Assembly (NCBI GenBank): GCA_963780485.1
Contig: CAWACO010000003.1
Location: 174,855 to 238,854, forward strand
Reading direction: 5' to 3'
DNA from: Bryobacterales bacterium
Lineage (GTDB): Bacteria; Acidobacteriota; Terriglobia; Bryobacterales; Bryobacteraceae
Length of the DNA stretch: 64,000 nt
In this document: piece after piece, positions 48,260 to 57,559 of the stretch
Position numbering within the stretch: position 1 is the stretch's first letter
How the letters are laid out: each line of letters opens with the position of its first letter
The notes under the pieces: model-generated
What the model saw: only the letters and a program-made list of their open reading frames with translations
Told to the model about the DNA's origin: nothing
Database searches by the model: none
Made by a program: the position numbers and the translations under genes

Positions 48260-49078
48260 TTACTTGGCTTTGCGCAGATAGATGTTGCCGTTGAAAGTCG
48301 TGAACTGAATCTCAGGACCACCACCATTGATCAGAGCGTACATGGCGCGATCGAACTGCACGCGATATTTCCCTTGGCCGGACCGATTCTCCTGAACCAC
48401 GGGTTGCCGGGCGGATGAATCCACGGCGACCTCGAAGTCGCTATAAACTGCGCCATTGTCGGTCTTCAGCTTTACCCTGGCCTTGATATCCGCAGGCAGA
48501 GTGACGTCGATATCGCCATTGAGCGAGCTGAACGACATGGGCTTGGCGGCGGTTACCTTATCAAGCGAAACCAGAACCTTGCCGTTCAAGGCGTGAACCA
48601 CGGCAGCGCCCGAAATATGCGTGGCGGTGGCGTTGCCATTGGTATTGTCAATTTCCACATCGCCAACAATGTGATCCACGATGATGTCGCCGCCGTTCAC
48701 CGAGTGCAACTTGAGCGACGTATTGAAGGGAACCTGGATGCTTAGCTCGATGTTGTCGTTGATTGCCCGCGTGCCAACGGTAATTACGTTATCGGATTCC
48801 TCGACCACCATGCCGGTGCCGCCGATATCGATCCGGCGCATGCCGTCCGACCGCTCCGGGCGTCGATTGCGCCGTCCCGAGTCGCCTTGCGGGCGAGCTT
48901 CCACGATGGCATCCTTGCCATCGTAGCCCTTGACTGTGATGCCGCCGTTGAGCAACGAAGCGTGCAGCGACTTCGGCCGCGCCGGATCGCTGAATGGAAC
49001 GGTGACCCGGTCAGGCTGCGCATCCTGGCAGAATGCCGCGCCCGCCGCAAACAACAATAAGATTGCTAACTTTTGCAT
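48260..49078 (-). CDS. DUF4097 beta-strand-repeat protein, secreted
   Basis: Signal peptide MQKLAILLLFAAGAAFCQ. Repeated N-G-x-I/V strands follow (LLNGGITV, SVNGGDIIV, NTNGNATA, ALNGKVLV, SLNGDIDV, TFNGNIYL). Confidence 0.7.
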   Translation of the reverse strand: MQKLAILLLFAAGAAFCQDAQPDRVTVPFSDPARPKSLHASLLNGGITVKGYDGKDAIVEARPQGDSGRRNRRPERSDGMRRIDIGGTGMVVEESDNVITVGTRAINDNIELSIQVPFNTSLKLHSVNGGDIIVDHIVGDVEIDNTNGNATATHISGAAVVHALNGKVLVSLDKVTAAKPMSFSSLNGDIDVTLPADIKARVKLKTDNGAVYSDFEVAVDSSARQPVVQENRSGQGKYRVQFDRAMYALINGGGPEIQFTTFNGNIYLRKAK

Positions 49079-49080
49079 GA

Positions 49081-49914
49081 TTACTGTCCTCGATTGATAA
49101 TTCGTATGCTTCCATTTAACGTGTCAAAGTTGAACTCGGGTCCGCCATTGCCGATTCGCAGGCCGGTGGAACGATCGGTGCGAAAGATGAATTTGCCGTC
49201 CCGGCGTTCGGAAACGGGGCTCAGGGCCGGCAGCGGAATCACATCGAAATCGGTATATGCCTGCCCGTTGAAGGTCTTCACCCGCACGTCGGCGGAGAGG
49301 TTCGGGCGGAAGGATGTCTCGATGCTTCCGTTGACGGTCTTGAAGGAAGAATTCTTGGCGGGATTCCGGGCGAACAGCACCGCGATCTTGCCGTTCACTG
49401 TATGTACCGGACCGGAGCCTGCCACTTCACGCATTTCTATGCCGCCATTTACGTTGGCCACGTCGAAATCGCCGGTAGTGCTCTCGACCCGGACGTCACC
49501 GCCGTTCACCGTGCCCAGCCGCAATATCGTGGCTGCGGGAACCTTAATATCGAAATCGTAAGTAACGCGGTAGTCGCGATGGGAACGGTCCCGGAAGCCA
49601 GAACGGCCGTCGTCACAATGGCAACGAAAAGGCCCGTCTACATAAAACGTTAGTGTGTCACCGGATTGCGTGGTGTCTAGTTTCACCTCGCGCTTAGCCG
49701 CGTCCAGGCGCTCTTGGGATTCGGCCCGGATGGTTTTCTCGGTGACCATCTGGATCTCGCTGCCGTTGTAACCGGTAACATGAATGAAGCCGTTAACATT
49801 GTCTATCTCCAGGCGAGCGGCCGCCGGAAAATTGCGGCGGATGGTTTCTTTCTCTTCCTGATCGAAACCGTAGACCAGCGTGGCCGCGCAGGCGAAGATG
49901 ATGAAGGTTTTCAT
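49081..49914 (-). CDS. DUF4097 beta-strand-repeat protein, secreted (paralogue of the downstream gene)
   Basis: It has the same N-G-x-I repeat pattern (NVNGFIHV, TVNGGDVRV, NVNGGIEM, TVNGKIAV, TVNGSIET, TLNGSIRI). Start ATG 49914 overlaps the anti-sigma stop by 4 nt. The ORF track starts at 49935. Confidence 0.7.
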   Translation of the reverse strand: MKTFIIFACAATLVYGFDQEEKETIRRNFPAAARLEIDNVNGFIHVTGYNGSEIQMVTEKTIRAESQERLDAAKREVKLDTTQSGDTLTFYVDGPFRCHCDDGRSGFRDRSHRDYRVTYDFDIKVPAATILRLGTVNGGDVRVESTTGDFDVANVNGGIEMREVAGSGPVHTVNGKIAVLFARNPAKNSSFKTVNGSIETSFRPNLSADVRVKTFNGQAYTDFDVIPLPALSPVSERRDGKFIFRTDRSTGLRIGNGGPEFNFDTLNGSIRIINRGQ

Positions 49915-50681
49915 TGCAGTTGTTTCAGCGCCCATTGAGCGCGCTGCCTCACATCCGGATTCACATCCTGGCCCGACAACAAAAATTGAATCGCCGACGC
50001 GGCCGATTTCTCGTGCAGCTCCACGATCTGATCCAGAATCGCGATCTGCACCAGCGGCGAATCCTGCTTGGCGAGAGCCTGCACCAGCCCTTTCCTGCCG
50101 ACGGGGCTGTCGGTGAAGTTGCGGACCGCGTCCACGGCCGCCAGCCGGACATTGACATTGGAGTCGTGATCTAGCGTGGTCAGAAGGGCCGATAACACTT
50201 GTGGGTCCGACTGCTCGACGCGATAGGCATAGTTCACTCCGCGTAAGCGGTCACTGGCATTTTGCTGCTGCAACAGGGAAAGAGCGACCAGTTGACGCAT
50301 GTTATAAACCTCCCCGCGCAATTGCGAAACTTCGGACGTATCCCGGCCGCGCACGAAGTAGCCGGTGGCGATGCCGATCACCAGAATCGCCGCGGCGCTA
50401 GCGGCTTGGAAGGCCGGATGCCGCACCCACCACAGGGTTTTGCGACGCTCTCCTTCGCGCTGGCGCCAGGCACGTAGCGAATCGTAAAAACGCGCCCGCA
50501 TGTTCAGACTGGGATCCTCTTCGGGCAGCGCGCCCAGCGTACCCCAGAGATCGCGCAGCTCATGGGCCTCGGCTTGGCATCGCTCGCAGGAATCCAAGTG
50601 AGCGCGAAATTCGCCCACTGAATCTTCCAGCGTGCCCCGCCAATAATCGACGAATTGTGTTCTGGCTTCTTCGCAGTTCAT
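49911..50681 (-). CDS. Anti-sigma factor: zf-HC2, one TM helix and a C-terminal HEAT-repeat domain
   Basis: The zf-HC2 motif is MNCEEARTQFVDYWRG...HLDSCERCQAE. The TM helix is AASAAAILVIGIATGYFV. C-terminal HEAT-like repeats are NVNVRLAAVDAVRNF, SPLVQIAILDQIVEL and NPDVRQRAQWALKQL. Confidence 0.75.
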   Translation of the reverse strand: MNCEEARTQFVDYWRGTLEDSVGEFRAHLDSCERCQAEAHELRDLWGTLGALPEEDPSLNMRARFYDSLRAWRQREGERRKTLWWVRHPAFQAASAAAILVIGIATGYFVRGRDTSEVSQLRGEVYNMRQLVALSLLQQQNASDRLRGVNYAYRVEQSDPQVLSALLTTLDHDSNVNVRLAAVDAVRNFTDSPVGRKGLVQALAKQDSPLVQIAILDQIVELHEKSAASAIQFLLSGQDVNPDVRQRAQWALKQLQ

Positions 50682-51226
50682 GATGCCTTCTCTCCGGCGA
50701 GTTCGAAATAGATTTGTCCTAGCGCCCGCACGGCGCGATAGACCCTCACCTTTACCGCTCCCACGTCGCAGCCCAAAATGGAAGCAATCTCTTCGTACTT
50801 CAGATTCTGGTAACGGCTCAGCACCAATAGTTCTCTTTTTTCGAGCGGCAGAAGGGACAGGGCTCGCTTGAGCAACGTGATCTCTTGTTTGCGCTTCAGA
50901 TTCTCGTCCATCTTGTTACCGCTCGCAAATTCCCTCTCACCCAAGGCGACCTCGAACTTGCGCTTCCCGATGGAGTCCACATGCGCGTTACGGGCGATCT
51001 GGTACATCCAGGCGGTGAAGGATCGATCCGGCTGATAGCTCTTCCGGTATTTCAACATCCGGAAGAAGACATCCTGCACCAGGTCTTCGCTGAGATCGCG
51101 ATTTCCATTCACATGCACGAAGTAATTGAACAACGGGCGATGATGCCGCTCAAACAGGATCGCGAGCCCACCGAGGTCGCCATCCCGGACGGCCTGCATC
51201 AGGCTGCTGTCCGTTGCTTCGTACAC
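50678..51226 (-). CDS. ECF-type RNA polymerase sigma factor (sigma-70 family)
   Basis: Region 2 (LFNYFVH...EDLVQDVFFRMLK...FTAWMYQIARN) and region 4 (LPLEKRELLVLSRYQNLKYEEIASILGCDVGAVKVRVYRA). Confidence 0.9.
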   Translation of the reverse strand: MYEATDSSLMQAVRDGDLGGLAILFERHHRPLFNYFVHVNGNRDLSEDLVQDVFFRMLKYRKSYQPDRSFTAWMYQIARNAHVDSIGKRKFEVALGEREFASGNKMDENLKRKQEITLLKRALSLLPLEKRELLVLSRYQNLKYEEIASILGCDVGAVKVRVYRAVRALGQIYFELAGEKAS

Positions 51227-51280
51227 AACCTTGATTACCGGAGCAAGTGAAAAAGGTTACAAAGTATACGTTTCGGGTTT

Positions 51281-53281
51281 TTACCAGACCCGGCAGGCCG
51301 GCTCGCGGACCATCGGCTGGCCCACCTGGCAGGCGAATGCTTGCCGAAATTCGGGCATGTTCTGAACCACGCCGTTCACGCGCTCGCGGCTCGGCGAATG
51401 AGGATCCACCTGCACCAGCATCCGCGACATTTCCGGTCTTGTGTTCTGGCACCAGATTTGGCCCCAGGCCAGGAAAAAGCGTTGCTCGGGCGTGTATCCA
51501 TCGATTTTAGGCTGTGGCTTGTCCTTCAGCGCATCCATCAGCGCCATGAATGACAGCCGCACACCGCCGTTGTCCGCCGTGTTCTCGCCGAGTGTCAGTT
51601 TACCATTCAAATGCACGCCGTCGATGGGCGTGAAGGCTGAGTACTCGTCAATGAAACACTGGGCCCGCTTCTCGAATTCCTTGGCGTCTTCCGGCGTCCA
51701 CCAGTCTTTGAGATTACCCTGAGGATCAAATTTGCGGCCCTGATCGTCGAATCCGTGCGTCAGCTCATGACCAACCACCGATCCGATCCCGCCGTGGTTC
51801 ACCGCGGTGTCCATTTTGTTATCGAAAAACGGCGGCTGCAAGATTCCGGCTGGGAAGTTGATGTTGTTCTCGGTGGCATTGTAGTAGGCATTGACAGTGG
51901 GAGGCGTCATGCCCCATTCGGTGCGATCCACCTGCTTACCGATTTTGTTCAGTTCGTAGTGGACTTCGAATTCGGTTGCCCGTTCGTCATTGCCAACAGC
52001 GTCGCCTCGTACGATATTGACGCTCGAATAGTCGCGCCATTTGTCGGGATAGCCGATCTTGTTGGTAACGGCGCGCAGCTTAACCAGCGCCTCCTGTTTG
52101 GTGGCGGGCGTCATCCAGGAGAGCGTCTGAATGTCCTGACCCAACGCCTTTTCGATGTCCTGCACCATTTTCAAGGTGCGCGCCTTGGCGTCGGGAGGGA
52201 ACGTCTCTTCCACGTATCTTTGACCGAGCGCGAAGCCCAGATCATTGTCGGTGGCGGCAACACAGCGCTTCCAGCGCGATTGAATCTCTTTGGCGCCGGT
52301 TAGAATCTCGCGGTAGAAATGAAAATCCTCGTCCACGAAAGCTTTGGGAAGCAACGACGCTTCTGCATGCAGCAGTTGCCAACGCAGGTAGGTCTTGATG
52401 TCGTCGAGGCTAGACTGCACAATCGTGGACTCGACAGCGCGGAAGAAATTCGGCACCGCGACATTGAGGTCCGTCAGGGGCGGCGCGCCCATGCCTTGGA
52501 AATATTTCGGCCAATCGATCGCAGGATCCAGCGAGTAAAGCTGATGCACCGTTAGCTTGTGATAAATCTGGTTGGGATCGCGCCGCGAAACTCGATCCAG
52601 CGACCCTTTGGCTAAGCCGGTCTCGAAATGCATCACCGCCTGCGCATCGGAGGCAGCTTTTGCGGCCGGCTCACCGGACAGTTCCAGCATCTTCTGCACG
52701 TGCGCGAAATACTGCTTCCGCAACTCGACCGACTTGGGGTCGTCCTTCAAGTAATAATCGCGGTCGGGAAGTCCCAAGCCGCCCTGATCCAACTCACCGA
52801 TCATGTGCATCGAATCCTTAAAGTCAGGACTGGAAGAAAAACGGAACATAGCATTCGCACCCAGCAGGTGCAGCCGGACCAGCGGATTGAGGATACCCGC
52901 TTTCGAAGCAATCCTGTCGATGCTCTCCAGGTCAGACTTTAGGGGCTGGGTTCCGAGCTTCTCGATGGTCTGCTCGTCCATACAGGCAACGTAGAAATCG
53001 CCGATCTTCTGATCCACCGGCGTCCGTTTGGGGTCGTTTACCGAGGCCTTTTCAAGAATGTTGCGGAGGATGGTGCGATTGCGCTCCGCCAATTCACTGA
53101 ACCGGCCCCAGGCCGACTGGTCGGGGGGAATCGGGTTGTTGGCCATCCACGTTCCGCAGGCATACTGGTAAAAATCGACACAAGGGTTGGCCGATTTATC
53201 CATGTTGGCGATGCTGAATCCGGGGCTGGACTGAGCCAAGGCGGAGGCGGTGAAAAGCAAGAGCAGGAATGTGGATCGCAC
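51281..53281 (-). CDS. M13 family zinc metallopeptidase (neprilysin/PepO-like), secreted
   Basis: Signal peptide, then NAYYNATENNINFPAGILQPPFF, the zincin motif VVGHELTHGFDDQG, and ENTADNGG. Confidence 0.9.
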   Translation of the reverse strand: MRSTFLLLLFTASALAQSSPGFSIANMDKSANPCVDFYQYACGTWMANNPIPPDQSAWGRFSELAERNRTILRNILEKASVNDPKRTPVDQKIGDFYVACMDEQTIEKLGTQPLKSDLESIDRIASKAGILNPLVRLHLLGANAMFRFSSSPDFKDSMHMIGELDQGGLGLPDRDYYLKDDPKSVELRKQYFAHVQKMLELSGEPAAKAASDAQAVMHFETGLAKGSLDRVSRRDPNQIYHKLTVHQLYSLDPAIDWPKYFQGMGAPPLTDLNVAVPNFFRAVESTIVQSSLDDIKTYLRWQLLHAEASLLPKAFVDEDFHFYREILTGAKEIQSRWKRCVAATDNDLGFALGQRYVEETFPPDAKARTLKMVQDIEKALGQDIQTLSWMTPATKQEALVKLRAVTNKIGYPDKWRDYSSVNIVRGDAVGNDERATEFEVHYELNKIGKQVDRTEWGMTPPTVNAYYNATENNINFPAGILQPPFFDNKMDTAVNHGGIGSVVGHELTHGFDDQGRKFDPQGNLKDWWTPEDAKEFEKRAQCFIDEYSAFTPIDGVHLNGKLTLGENTADNGGVRLSFMALMDALKDKPQPKIDGYTPEQRFFLAWGQIWCQNTRPEMSRMLVQVDPHSPSRERVNGVVQNMPEFRQAFACQVGQPMVREPACRVW

Positions 53282-53335
53282 AATTAAATTTTACGCCATA
53301 GTGCGAGGGGATGATATAAGTGTTCGATCATTAAT

Positions 53336-53761
53336 TTGATGCTTAACTACAAGGACCTATTCACAGCGCATCACATCGACGTCGTTGCGGACTGGCTGCG
53401 GGAGAAAGGTGAACTATTTCTCCAAATTGAATTGCCCCACAGTGGCGGAAGCGGTCAGTATCAAACCGCCCACTCGCTGGCCGAAGTTAATCACGCCGTT
53501 GAGTCGGCCAGGAACCTGGAGATCGATATCCTCATCTGGAAGAACCGTACGCAAGCGGAATTCGAGTCCGACGTTGCGTTTGCCGACCTGACATGGGTCT
53601 ACCTGCATAACGACGAGGTCATGTACCTGGCGGTTAAGAAGAATCGAAACGCCAGCGCGTCGTACATCAAGATCCCGGTAAGTACAGCAAGGAAATTGAG
53701 GAGTGGTTTGGATGAGGGAGGAAGTATCCGGTCCTCAACCGCTACGACGCGGTTCGGATGA
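53336..53761 (+). CDS. Hypothetical protein (weak call), in an A/T-richer islet
   Basis: 141-codon ORF with no recognised motif. Its 3' end overlaps the convergent DUF5615 gene by 20 nt. Confidence 0.3.
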   Translation: MMLNYKDLFTAHHIDVVADWLREKGELFLQIELPHSGGSGQYQTAHSLAEVNHAVESARNLEIDILIWKNRTQAEFESDVAFADLTWVYLHNDEVMYLAVKKNRNASASYIKIPVSTARKLRSGLDEGGSIRSSTATTRFG

Positions 53762-54041
53762 TCAGGACTGTTAGTGGCGAGCGCTCTAGTTCCGCGATCC
53801 GAACAGCGTTCCGCCGAAGCAGGTCTTCAACCATCGCGGTCTTGTAGTTGCAGTTCTCGACCCGAACGACCTCTGGCGGGCCACCACGGTTCGTCGCTAA
53901 CCGAAGGAAGTCTGAATCGGCCGTTACGATCACGAAGCGATTGGACCTCGCATATTCCCAAATCGCGTCGTCCGATGTGAGCCGCTCACGATAGTTGGGC
54001 CAGCCGACCAACGTGTTTAGGTGAAAAATTGGCGCAAGCAT
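53742..54041 (-). CDS. DUF5615 (PIN-like/Mut7-C-like) putative toxin
   Basis: DDAIWEYARSNRFVIVTADSDF is the family core (D..IW.YA......IVT.D.DF). The start is ambiguous. Met 54041 gives 99 aa. The ORF-track start 54095 would lie entirely within the DUF433 coding sequence. Confidence 0.6.
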   Translation of the reverse strand: MLAPIFHLNTLVGWPNYRERLTSDDAIWEYARSNRFVIVTADSDFLRLATNRGGPPEVVRVENCNYKTAMVEDLLRRNAVRIAELERSPLTVLIIRTAS

Positions 54042-54195
54042 ACACCGCTGGAAAATCGTCCTTTTCCAAGTATGGGTATTCCTGCAAAATCTCATCCTCC
54101 GTCAGGCCGGAGGCAAGCATGTCCAGAACGTCCCAGACGGTAATCCGCAAACCACGGAGGCAAACTGGCGTTGCGTCCCTGAATCTTAAATCCAT
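53986..54195 (-). CDS. DUF433 putative antitoxin
   Basis: TPVCLRGLRITVWDVLDMLASGLTEDEILQEYPYLEKDDFPAVYACA matches the DUF433 core (P.I.GTRI.V..VL..LA.G.S.EEIL..YP.L...DI.A.L.YA). Confidence 0.65.
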   Translation of the reverse strand: MDLRFRDATPVCLRGLRITVWDVLDMLASGLTEDEILQEYPYLEKDDFPAVYACANFSPKHVGRLAQLS

Positions 54196-54248
54196 TATCA
54201 GCCTCTTGGCCGGCTGCCTTCTGTCTTCTGCTTTCTGACTCCTGGCTT

Positions 54249-55322
54249 CTATTTGAGCACTTCTTCGATAAACGCCAGCGCGCGCTCGTCCTTGCTTTGC
54301 CCCAGCCAGAACACGGCCTGCTTGCGGACTTCCGGATTGCGATTCGTGCGCGCCACTTGAATCAGCAGCGGGACGCCCTGGCCGGCCGGCATCTGGGTCA
54401 GCGCGAAGACGGCCTTCTTCTTCACCTCGGTTTCCGGATCGTTGGCGATGGCGTCGTTGATGGCGGACTCAGCGATCTTTTGGCCGGCCCGCTGCGCCAG
54501 CCAGAATAATGCCTGTCCACGAACGCGCGGGCTCTTGTCGTTATGCGCGACGCCCGCCACGACGTTCAGCGCCTGCGGGTCTTTGCTTTCGGTCAGCGCG
54601 AATACGGCATGCTCGCGCAGCTTGTCGCTCGGATCTTCACGGACGATCCGGCTGACGACCTCGAAACCACGGCGCCCGCGGGCATTGCCCAGCCAAAAGA
54701 CAGCTTGCCGCCGAACCTGCTCCGGTTGGCTTGTTGCCAACAAATCTTCGAGCGCCTGATCGGCGGCCGGATCAGCGTGCATCGCGATGGCAGACTCGGC
54801 GGATTCCGCCCGCCGGACCTGGTCGCGCGCTGCACTACCAGGAGTATCCTTTGCAAGACCCTCCAGCACCTTCACGCTTTCGGCGGCGTTCACGCCCGTC
54901 AGCCAAATAAACGGCAGACCGCCTGCGTCCAGCTCGCATTCCGGGCTGAAGCTGCGTACCTTGCCGACCTGGCGATTCTCCACGCGATAGAGCACCACCA
55001 ATTGCGTGGGACCCTCCAGCTTGACGGTCTGGTTGTTCGAAACCACAACTGTCCGGTCGTTGCTCGACGGCTCGAGGAAGCAACCCCTCACGCTGTCGTT
55101 CCAGCAGCACATCTGCCGGTCACCGGGGATAATCGGGACAGCATAACCGACCCACGCCGGCGAGGATTGCGCGTTCACGATGGACCGCAGCGTGGCTTCC
55201 AACCCTCCCGCCGCCGCCCGTGTTTCCATGCGCGCGTTCTGCAGGTGGGGTTGCTGGACATCTGGTTGCTGCCCGAACGCGGAACCGATGGCGATCGAAG
55301 CCAGGATTATCCCGCGTTTCAT
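54249..55322 (-). CDS. Secreted HEAT-repeat protein with an unknown Cys-containing N-terminal domain
   Basis: Signal peptide MKRGIILASIAIGSAFGQ. The N-domain contains CCWNDSVRGC. It is followed by at least 5 HEAT-like repeats (VRRQAVFWLGNA, LREHAVFALTES, VRGQALFWLAQR, VKKKAVFALTQM, VRKQAVFWLGQS). Confidence 0.7.
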   Translation of the reverse strand: MKRGIILASIAIGSAFGQQPDVQQPHLQNARMETRAAAGGLEATLRSIVNAQSSPAWVGYAVPIIPGDRQMCCWNDSVRGCFLEPSSNDRTVVVSNNQTVKLEGPTQLVVLYRVENRQVGKVRSFSPECELDAGGLPFIWLTGVNAAESVKVLEGLAKDTPGSAARDQVRRAESAESAIAMHADPAADQALEDLLATSQPEQVRRQAVFWLGNARGRRGFEVVSRIVREDPSDKLREHAVFALTESKDPQALNVVAGVAHNDKSPRVRGQALFWLAQRAGQKIAESAINDAIANDPETEVKKKAVFALTQMPAGQGVPLLIQVARTNRNPEVRKQAVFWLGQSKDERALAFIEEVLK

Positions 55323-56785
55323 TTGTTCAGCAGCTCCATCAGATAGTCCGATGACTCTTTGGAGTGCATCAGTCCCAGTTGATTGACGATCTGCTTCTTC
55401 ACGTTTAAGTCCGTTTCTTTGCGCGCGATCTCCACCAGTGCGGCCGCATTGCCCTGTATGAACAGCGCATTGATGATGGCCTTCTTGTTCTCCGGATCGG
55501 TCTCCTGCGCGTACATTCCCGCCAGCGCCGTCCCGGTCTTGCTGCGGCCCATCACGCCCAGTTGATTAATGGCGTAGCGGCGCAGCTCGGGATCTTTCTC
55601 GGTTTTCGCCAGCTCGAAGAGCTTGTCGGCATTTCCCGAAACGAATAGCCCTTGAATGATGGCCCTTTTCACTTCCGGGGCCGTTGCGCCGGTATAAAGC
55701 TGGGCCAAGTCAGCCGAGCCGCCGATGTTTCCTAACAACTGGATGGCTTGCACCTTCAATTCAGGATTCGATTCCGACTTCGCCACCGCCAGCAGGTTGT
55801 CGCGGCTGCCCGTCACCATGAAGCTGTTCAACACGGACCGTTTCACCGACACATCATTGGTGCCCTTGTACACATCCAGCAGGGTCTGCAAATTGTCGCG
55901 CCCGCCGTAAATGCCCAGGTACTCGATCGCTTTCGCTTGCAGATCGGGATTGGAGCCGCCCTTTGCGACCTCGGCCAGCAGATCCCGCGATTTTTGCGAG
56001 CGATTTTGCGCCAGCACGAACAAAGCGCGTTCTTTGAGCTTGGGTGAGTTGCTGCTCTTCAGCAGTTTCTCGAGCATGGGAACGCTGCGCTCGGGATCGG
56101 TGTTCATGAGACTGTTCAGCGCCAGCAGTTTCAGATCCTCGTCGGTGGCCGATTCGGGCGATACCGGAGTGCCTCTTTGCTGTTGAACCTCCACCTGCAG
56201 GGCTTTGGCATCGTCCAGCCAGTGGCTGCTCGGATAGTTTTTTTGCAATTCGGCGAGGCTGGCGAGCGCGTCATCGCGGCGTCCCTGCTTGTTCTGCGCA
56301 TAGGCGCGCCAGTAGAGGGCTCCATCCGCCCGGCTGCCTTTGTTTTCGATCACGCGATTGAACTCGTCGACGGCGCGATCGTACTCTTTGCGGTCCAGAT
56401 ACGACTTGGCTCGGTGGTAATACTGTTCATCACGATCCTGCTGCTGGCGGGCAGTGCGGGCAACATCCCTGGCGCGCCGCGCCTCCTCGCGCGCCGCGTC
56501 TCGCGACGAATCCTGAAACGCCAGGAGCGGGAGTTCGGCGAGGTCGGGCGGCAGCGGAGGAATCGCTGCCCACGCGTCGGTCGCCGGCCTGGGAGGCAGC
56601 GGCGGCATGGGAGCCAGCGCTGGCAGGGGAGGCAGCGGTGGTGACGGAGGCCACGGAGCAACCGGGGCGGGCGAAAGAGATGGCCAAGGCGGTTCCTGGG
56701 CCAACGCCAGCGCGCCTGCCGCGGCAAGTATTCCTGAAATCAAAATCCGACCACCTGTAAAAAACCATCTACGAACCTGAGTCAT
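55319..56785 (-). CDS. Secreted or anchored Pro-rich linker, TPR and HEAT-repeat protein
   Basis: After an N-terminal hydrophobic anchor comes the tract PPWPSLSPAPVAPWPPSPPLPPLPALAPMPPLPPRP. A TPR-like segment follows (YYHRAKSYLDRKEYDRAVDEFNRVI, ALYWRAYAQNKQGRRDDALASL), then at least 8 HEAT-like repeats. It overlaps the next gene by 4 nt. Confidence 0.7.
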   Translation of the reverse strand: MTQVRRWFFTGGRILISGILAAAGALALAQEPPWPSLSPAPVAPWPPSPPLPPLPALAPMPPLPPRPATDAWAAIPPLPPDLAELPLLAFQDSSRDAAREEARRARDVARTARQQQDRDEQYYHRAKSYLDRKEYDRAVDEFNRVIENKGSRADGALYWRAYAQNKQGRRDDALASLAELQKNYPSSHWLDDAKALQVEVQQQRGTPVSPESATDEDLKLLALNSLMNTDPERSVPMLEKLLKSSNSPKLKERALFVLAQNRSQKSRDLLAEVAKGGSNPDLQAKAIEYLGIYGGRDNLQTLLDVYKGTNDVSVKRSVLNSFMVTGSRDNLLAVAKSESNPELKVQAIQLLGNIGGSADLAQLYTGATAPEVKRAIIQGLFVSGNADKLFELAKTEKDPELRRYAINQLGVMGRSKTGTALAGMYAQETDPENKKAIINALFIQGNAAALVEIARKETDLNVKKQIVNQLGLMHSKESSDYLMELLNK

Positions 56786-56797
56786 GTCAATCTTCCT

Positions 56798-57559
56798 TTA
56801 CAACTTCTTTCCTTCTTTATCTTTTTGCGAAACGGGCTGGCTCTCCTGCTCTCGCACCTGCGACCCGAGTACTCGTACTTTGAACAGCAGCCCCCGGTCT
56901 TGAATCTGCTGCCGCAAATCATCCAGCTGCTGATTTGAAACTTCCGATGGGCTGTGAGCGATCTCCATCAGGACATTCTCCAGATCATCCAGGACGCTGG
57001 CTACGCCTTTGTCACCGGTCGACGCCGCCGTTTGCCGGTACAGGCGATTGTCATCCAATAGATCGGCCGCCATCTGGCGCTCATCGGAAATATCGAGCTT
57101 GCCCTTGCCTTCGGGCGCGTTGCTCAATTCGGCCAGCACCATTTGCGACCGTTCCAGGTGATCGCCCACGGCCACCAAGAGAATGCGCTCGCGAATCTGC
57201 TGGTTGCTCACTGCCACAGTGGCTGGCCCACCGCCGCGCTGCGCCCGATAAGACAGCCGTCCGGCCAAAAAAGCCCCGATCACCAGCACGGCCATGGCGG
57301 GCGCCCAGATCCACCAATGCATAAAGCTGCGCCTGGGCCGCTGGCCGATCCGCTTCTCGATGCGCTGCCAGACCTGGCTGCCATATTCAGGGCCGCGCTC
57401 GGGAACCGGCGCGGAGTCCACCGTGTTAAGCACCCGCTGCAGCGCTCGAAACTCGTCGCGGCACGCTTCGCACTCCTCGAGATGGCTCTCGATCGCAGCA
57501 CTCTCGGCCGACTCTCCGTAATAGAAAAGCACCAATTGTTCTTCGCCAATATGATTCAT
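56798..57559 (-). CDS. Anti-sigma factor (zf-HC2, one TM helix)
   Basis: The zf-HC2-like motif is HLEECEACRDEFRAL and the TM helix is WWIWAPAMAVLVIGAFLAG. It overlaps the sigma gene by 4 nt. Confidence 0.7.
   Translation of the reverse strand: MNHIGEEQLVLFYYGESAESAAIESHLEECEACRDEFRALQRVLNTVDSAPVPERGPEYGSQVWQRIEKRIGQRPRRSFMHWWIWAPAMAVLVIGAFLAGRLSYRAQRGGGPATVAVSNQQIRERILLVAVGDHLERSQMVLAELSNAPEGKGKLDISDERQMAADLLDDNRLYRQTAASTGDKGVASVLDDLENVLMEIAHSPSEVSNQQLDDLRQQIQDRGLLFKVRVLGSQVREQESQPVSQKDKEGKKL

Noticed and set aside
54042-54095. The upstream extension of the DUF5615 ORF (MRFCRNTHTWKRTIFQRC), whose first residues superficially resemble the family N-terminus MRF(L)(L)D.
   Set aside because: This stretch is simply the alternate reading frame of the well-conserved DUF433 C-terminal coding sequence (DEILQEYPYLEKDDFPAVYAC). 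It lacks the LDEN-type acidic motif.
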